From sequence record MW741821.1: DNA of 64,000 nt; one strand, given 5' to 3'. Under the pieces are notes generated by a model. The model did not search any database, was not told the origin of the DNA, and saw nothing but the letters and a program-made list of their open reading frames with translations. The position numbers were made by a program, and so were the translations under genes. This DNA comes from Escherichia phage vB_EcoP_DE5. Of the stretch, positions 60,427-64,000 are shown one piece after another. The first letter of the stretch is position 1. The number at the start of each line of letters is the position of its first letter.

Positions 60427-61173
60427 TTAGAATGGGCTATCGTTGTCGTCTTCGTAAGTAGAAGCAGGCTCTTTATCAATCGTAGGGATTGAAGGAGTAG
60501 CTTCTTTCTGTTCTGTTTCAGAAGCACGAGTAATTTCACGACCAGCCAGAGGCATGTTCTTAGCGTCATTAGCTTGAGTAAGCAGGTTGCGCTGGAACGG
60601 GAACATCAGTTGATAGGATGCTACGTTCTCATCGGTTTCAGCATATGGTTCGAAGAATACCAGAGGACTACGAGCTTCACCAACTGCTGCACGATATTTG
60701 GTTGGGATTGGAGAAATGGTCTTGATGGAGTTTTTAACTTCACCAGCTTTGTTAGTATAAGAGTTAACCAGAATGTTAACAGGCTGACCTAACAGAACAT
60801 CCTTGAACCAAGACAGATCACCTTTCAGTGCTTGAATACTTGGGTCAATCATCTTGCAAAGATCAAGAATACCAGAGTTCTTAGCTCGTGGGTTTACATC
60901 ATAGCTCTTGAACTGGCAAGCCGGACGTGGTTCTAATGCCTTACCATCGGAATCTTTACCAGTAGCATCAACACCAATCAGCTCGAAAGCCAAATCCATA
61001 CGGAAAGCTGGATTCTTAGGAGTTACTGCTTTGGTCTTCGGGTCAATCCAAGGGTCACGATTGTGAACACCCAAACCTACTACACGAACGATACGTGCTT
61101 CGTATTCACCATCAGGGATTACATCGTAGTTGGATTTACGAGAAGCAGTTGCGATAGTTGGAATCATAGACAT
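60427..61173 (-). CDS. single-stranded DNA-binding protein (T7 gp2.5-like architecture)
   Basis: Acidic C-terminal tail ending in aromatic residue (EDDNDSPF); position among replication/recombination genes. Confidence 0.45.
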   Translation of the reverse strand: MSMIPTIATASRKSNYDVIPDGEYEARIVRVVGLGVHNRDPWIDPKTKAVTPKNPAFRMDLAFELIGVDATGKDSDGKALEPRPACQFKSYDVNPRAKNSGILDLCKMIDPSIQALKGDLSWFKDVLLGQPVNILVNSYTNKAGEVKNSIKTISPIPTKYRAAVGEARSPLVFFEPYAETDENVASYQLMFPFQRNLLTQANDAKNMPLAGREITRASETEQKEATPSIPTIDKEPASTYEDDNDSPF

Positions 61174-61232
61174 ATTTTAATTTCCTTATTTAATTTGAAA
61201 GATTGTTGCTCTCTTTGAGCGGTTATGTATAG

Positions 61233-61241
61233 TATACATTA
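61233..61241 (-). promoter_or_regulatory. TAATGTATA promoter-like motif oriented toward SSB operon
   Basis: Reverse complement TATACATTA, 59 nt upstream of SSB start; part of palindrome ATGTATA-G-TATACAT. Confidence 0.45.
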
Positions 61242-61304
61242 CGCTTATACCGATAAGAGTACTATATAATATAAGTATCTTTGGTAGTAGATATAACACA
61301 CTAG

Positions 61305-61313
61305 TAATGTATA
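61305..61313 (+). promoter_or_regulatory. TAATGTATA promoter-like motif, plus orientation
   Basis: Exact motif in a 400-nt intergenic region with no plus-strand gene downstream. Confidence 0.35.
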
Positions 61314-61719
61314 TATTGTATAGCTGATAAAGTTATTGCAGGCTTGTATATTGGGCAATTCACAGAATCCCTTGCAAGTACCGAAGGGCAGGAGCCACCT
61401 GCGAGATAAAAATAGAGAATTAAGGAATCCTTGATTTAGGTTGTAGGGACTCCTAGGGACTTTGATTCTCTATTTAAAAGAATATTAATTACTTATTACC
61501 TAAATAATTAACTAACTTACTTAAACCAAATTCAAGAATGATAGATAAAAAGATTATTCCTAAGAAAGCTAAAAAGTAAAGGATATAAGTTACCATTCAA
61601 GTAAACCTTTAAAGTTAGATTTTTCTACTATCCTCTGATAACGAAGATTAGAATCAGCTTGTTTCTTTAACATCTCATTATATTGATCTCTGATAGAGTC
61701 TTTATGTACTACAGGTTCT

Positions 61720-62223
61720 TTAAATAACGAGATCTTGTTCTTTTCTTCTTTCATCAAAGACCTTCCTAATCTCTTGCAGAGAAACAGCTTTATAGTTAAT
61801 TTGCTCCATTGATGTACAGAAATATCTCCAATCATCAATTACGTGGTTATGAGTATGAGCATAAATATTAAACTTCCCTCTCATCTCATCAGTGTGAATA
61901 GGAATATGAGTTACCCAAAACTCTTTATATTTATAATCACCAGAGATTCTACGGAAGACTTTCATCATATCAGGGAGAAGTTCTAACCTGTCATGGTTCC
62001 CTAAGACTAGATGCTTCTCTCCTCTTACTTCAGCGATGATATCAAGGGCATACTTTTCAAACACCCAATCACCGGTAAAGAAGATTTTATCACGTTTAGT
62101 TACATGATCAAATGCAGCTAGGATTGCTTTGTCATGTTCTTCGATGGTTTTAAATTGCTTACGAAAACTACAGATGTTGCGATGGCCTAAGTGACCATCC
62201 CCTGCAAAATAAACTTCAGCCAT
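61720..62223 (-). CDS. metallophosphoesterase (Ser/Thr phosphatase-like)
   Basis: GDGHLGH, GDWV, LGNHD motifs in calcineurin-like order. Confidence 0.7.
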   Translation of the reverse strand: MAEVYFAGDGHLGHRNICSFRKQFKTIEEHDKAILAAFDHVTKRDKIFFTGDWVFEKYALDIIAEVRGEKHLVLGNHDRLELLPDMMKVFRRISGDYKYKEFWVTHIPIHTDEMRGKFNIYAHTHNHVIDDWRYFCTSMEQINYKAVSLQEIRKVFDERRKEQDLVI

Positions 62224-62232
62224 AAAGACCTC

Positions 62233-62448
62233 TTAGATAGTACACCCATCACAAGTTAAGTCACCTAGCAGGGACAGGGAAAGTAATCTGGATTGCTCAT
62301 CGCTGTATAGTTGATCAATCTCTTCTTTAAGTTTTGCCAACTCCATAAAGTTAATGAGCTGACCATGTTCGAGGCAGTCTGTTTTTAGTACGAACAAAAC
62401 TTCAGCGTTGGTTGAGTCTTCACTTGAGTATTTATCAATGTATTCCAT
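62233..62448 (-). CDS. hypothetical protein (71 aa)
   Basis: ORF in minus-strand operon. Confidence 0.4.
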   Translation of the reverse strand: MEYIDKYSSEDSTNAEVLFVLKTDCLEHGQLINFMELAKLKEEIDQLYSDEQSRLLSLSLLGDLTCDGCTI

Positions 62449-62450
62449 TT

Positions 62451-62672
62451 TTATGCCACATCTCCTTGTTTGTTGTTAATAACATCCAGTGCTGTATAAG
62501 CTTTACCTGTTCCTAAGTATTCCAAAACTGGAGGACTCTTCTTTTCTTCAGCGACTACATAAGGTGTGATCTTCCCTTTCAGTACAGCCTGAGATGCTTT
62601 AGCACTGTCTTCAGAGGTATGAATAGTAGTAAGCCCTTTCTTTCCAATTCTATAAGTGTGAACCCAAATCAT
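62451..62672 (-). CDS. hypothetical protein (73 aa)
   Basis: ORF in minus-strand operon. Confidence 0.4.
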   Translation of the reverse strand: MIWVHTYRIGKKGLTTIHTSEDSAKASQAVLKGKITPYVVAEEKKSPPVLEYLGTGKAYTALDVINNKQGDVA

Positions 62673-62832
62673 TCTTCTTCCTCATATTCCCAATTTCTTT
62701 CATAATATCCAGAGTTATAGTTTAGGGCGCACTTCTCGGCCTCTTCTATGTCGTCGGTGTTTAGGATATTCACCCACCCTCCAGCTTCATCAAAACCTTC
62801 TTCTTCCTCGTTAATCCATACACTATATTTCT

Positions 62833-63243
62833 TCATCGAATCACCAAAGGCTCTTCAGAGTACACAGGAGCGGCTATTTCTACAGGAGGTGCTGCCCTAA
62901 GGTCATTAAGTCTTACGCCCTTCAGCATACCGTCTAGGTGGTCCTTTTTGGGGATTCCAACAGGGAAGTCATCAATCCAGATATCGACGAAGAAGCCTAA
63001 CTGTCGACACACCTCATCCTTCTGCACACCATTACAAAAGATGACAGGGATTTGCAGGGTCTCTGCATCATAGAGGATATCCACGTTATCATAACCATTA
63101 GGCTCTGAGAAACGGAAAGTCACGAATCTTACATCATGTCCATACCCTTTCATCAATCCTATCACATCTCTCCACAGTCGTCTGTCTGCTGTGTAAGTGT
63201 CATCATAATCTAAACCAATATTCATGTCAAACCCTTTAGACAA
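62833..63243 (-). CDS. HAD-family phosphatase (5'(3')-deoxyribonucleotidase-like)
   Basis: N-terminal IGLDYDDT (DxDxT) motif. Confidence 0.5.
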   Translation of the reverse strand: MSKGFDMNIGLDYDDTYTADRRLWRDVIGLMKGYGHDVRFVTFRFSEPNGYDNVDILYDAETLQIPVIFCNGVQKDEVCRQLGFFVDIWIDDFPVGIPKKDHLDGMLKGVRLNDLRAAPPVEIAAPVYSEEPLVIR

Positions 63244-63457
63244 GAAAAGCCGCCCGAAGGCAGCTTCTTATTTAACTGTTCACTTTAGCTTCAAGTGTTT
63301 CGTTTTCAATACTCAAGTCAATCACTACACCAGTAAGCTCAACGACTGCTTGGCGAAGGGCATCTTTACCCATAGAGTGTACTTGAGATAAGAAGAAAGC
63401 TTTACCTTCTTCAGTGGATAGGGTTTCTTTTAATTCAGAAGCAGTCATTGATATTCC

Positions 63458-63652
63458 TTATGTTATGTTATAAATTCGCATGATTGTACCACCATTGGCT
63501 TCAATAGCAGCAACCATTTGGTTTCGTTCTTCATCCGTGTAAACTAACACACTTCTAAACTCGCCTGTTGCATCAGTATAAAGGATGTTATATTTTGGAG
63601 GCGGTTTACGGTAAATACCTTCCATCACTCTTTCTCCTCTCGTTCTTTCCAC
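63458..63652 (-). CDS. hypothetical protein (64 aa)
   Basis: ORF in minus-strand operon. Confidence 0.35.
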   Translation of the reverse strand: MERTRGERVMEGIYRKPPPKYNILYTDATGEFRSVLVYTDEERNQMVAAIEANGGTIMRIYNIT

Positions 63653-63808
63653 AGTTCGGCTAGCTCTAGATAGAACTCAGCCTCATCAGGACGACCTTGT
63701 TCATTACAGATGGCGCTCTGACGATAACACCAATCCGATGGCATCTCTTCCACTTCAATCTCCTTGTTATGAACCAATCAATAAGAATAGTTCATTCGTC
63801 TTATTTAT

Positions 63809-64000
63809 TCACTCTACCAATGCAGGTACTTCTATCCTTTTAACTGTGAATGTCTTGTTTGGAAACTTTCGAACTAGCTCTGCTGCTTTGGTTATTGCTA
63901 AGTTCTCTGTCTCAAAGATACACAGTTGACCATTTAATGCTACGAGAGTGGAGCCACCACTAAAGACGGCCCAAGATTCATAATAACCACGAACACTCAT
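63809..64000 (-). CDS. hypothetical protein (63 aa; may extend beyond window)
   Basis: ORF at window edge. Confidence 0.3.
   Translation of the reverse strand: MSVRGYYESWAVFSGGSTLVALNGQLCIFETENLAITKAAELVRKFPNKTFTVKRIEVPALVE

Overview
The window reads as one contiguous segment of a lytic dsDNA phage genome with a podovirus-type layout. A phage-encoded sigma-70-family factor plus recurring TAATGTATA promoter-like motifs suggest a phiEco32/Kuravirus-like relative; this is inference from memory, no search was run. Four blocks: (1) 1-20.6 kb, minus-strand early/middle genes: a tightly packed operon encoding a GGCT/AIG2-like cyclotransferase, an ATP-grasp ligase, an Ntn-type class II glutamine amidotransferase fused to zinc-ribbon-like motifs, two glutamine-synthetase-like amidoligases and several unknowns; arrays of small paralogous proteins; a tRNA-Arg(UCU); a lipoprotein; a SleB-like cell-wall hydrolase. 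(2) 20.6-24.6 kb, gene-poor region with several repeat families and a small island of secreted/membrane proteins. (3) 24.6-55.0 kb, plus-strand late module: TerS/TerL, portal, scaffold, major capsid with a probable -1 frameshift Ig-like extension, tail fiber, tailspike with C-terminal chaperone domain, lysozyme, SLT transglycosylase and large internal/ejection-type proteins. (4) 55-64 kb, minus strand: HNH endonuclease, Dam-type methyltransferase, 5'-3' exonuclease, P-loop kinase, SLOG-like protein, sigma factor, macro domain, spanin pair, SSB, phosphoesterases. No integrase, repressor, CRISPR array or rRNA was seen. The most interesting candidate is the amidoligase/GATase/ATP-grasp/GGCT operon (about 0.3-10.2 kb), a predicted multi-enzyme amide-bond modification pathway of unknown substrate. 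All domain calls rest on motif recognition by eye; ORF-track starts are often over-extended (the track evidently uses ATG/GTG/TTG).
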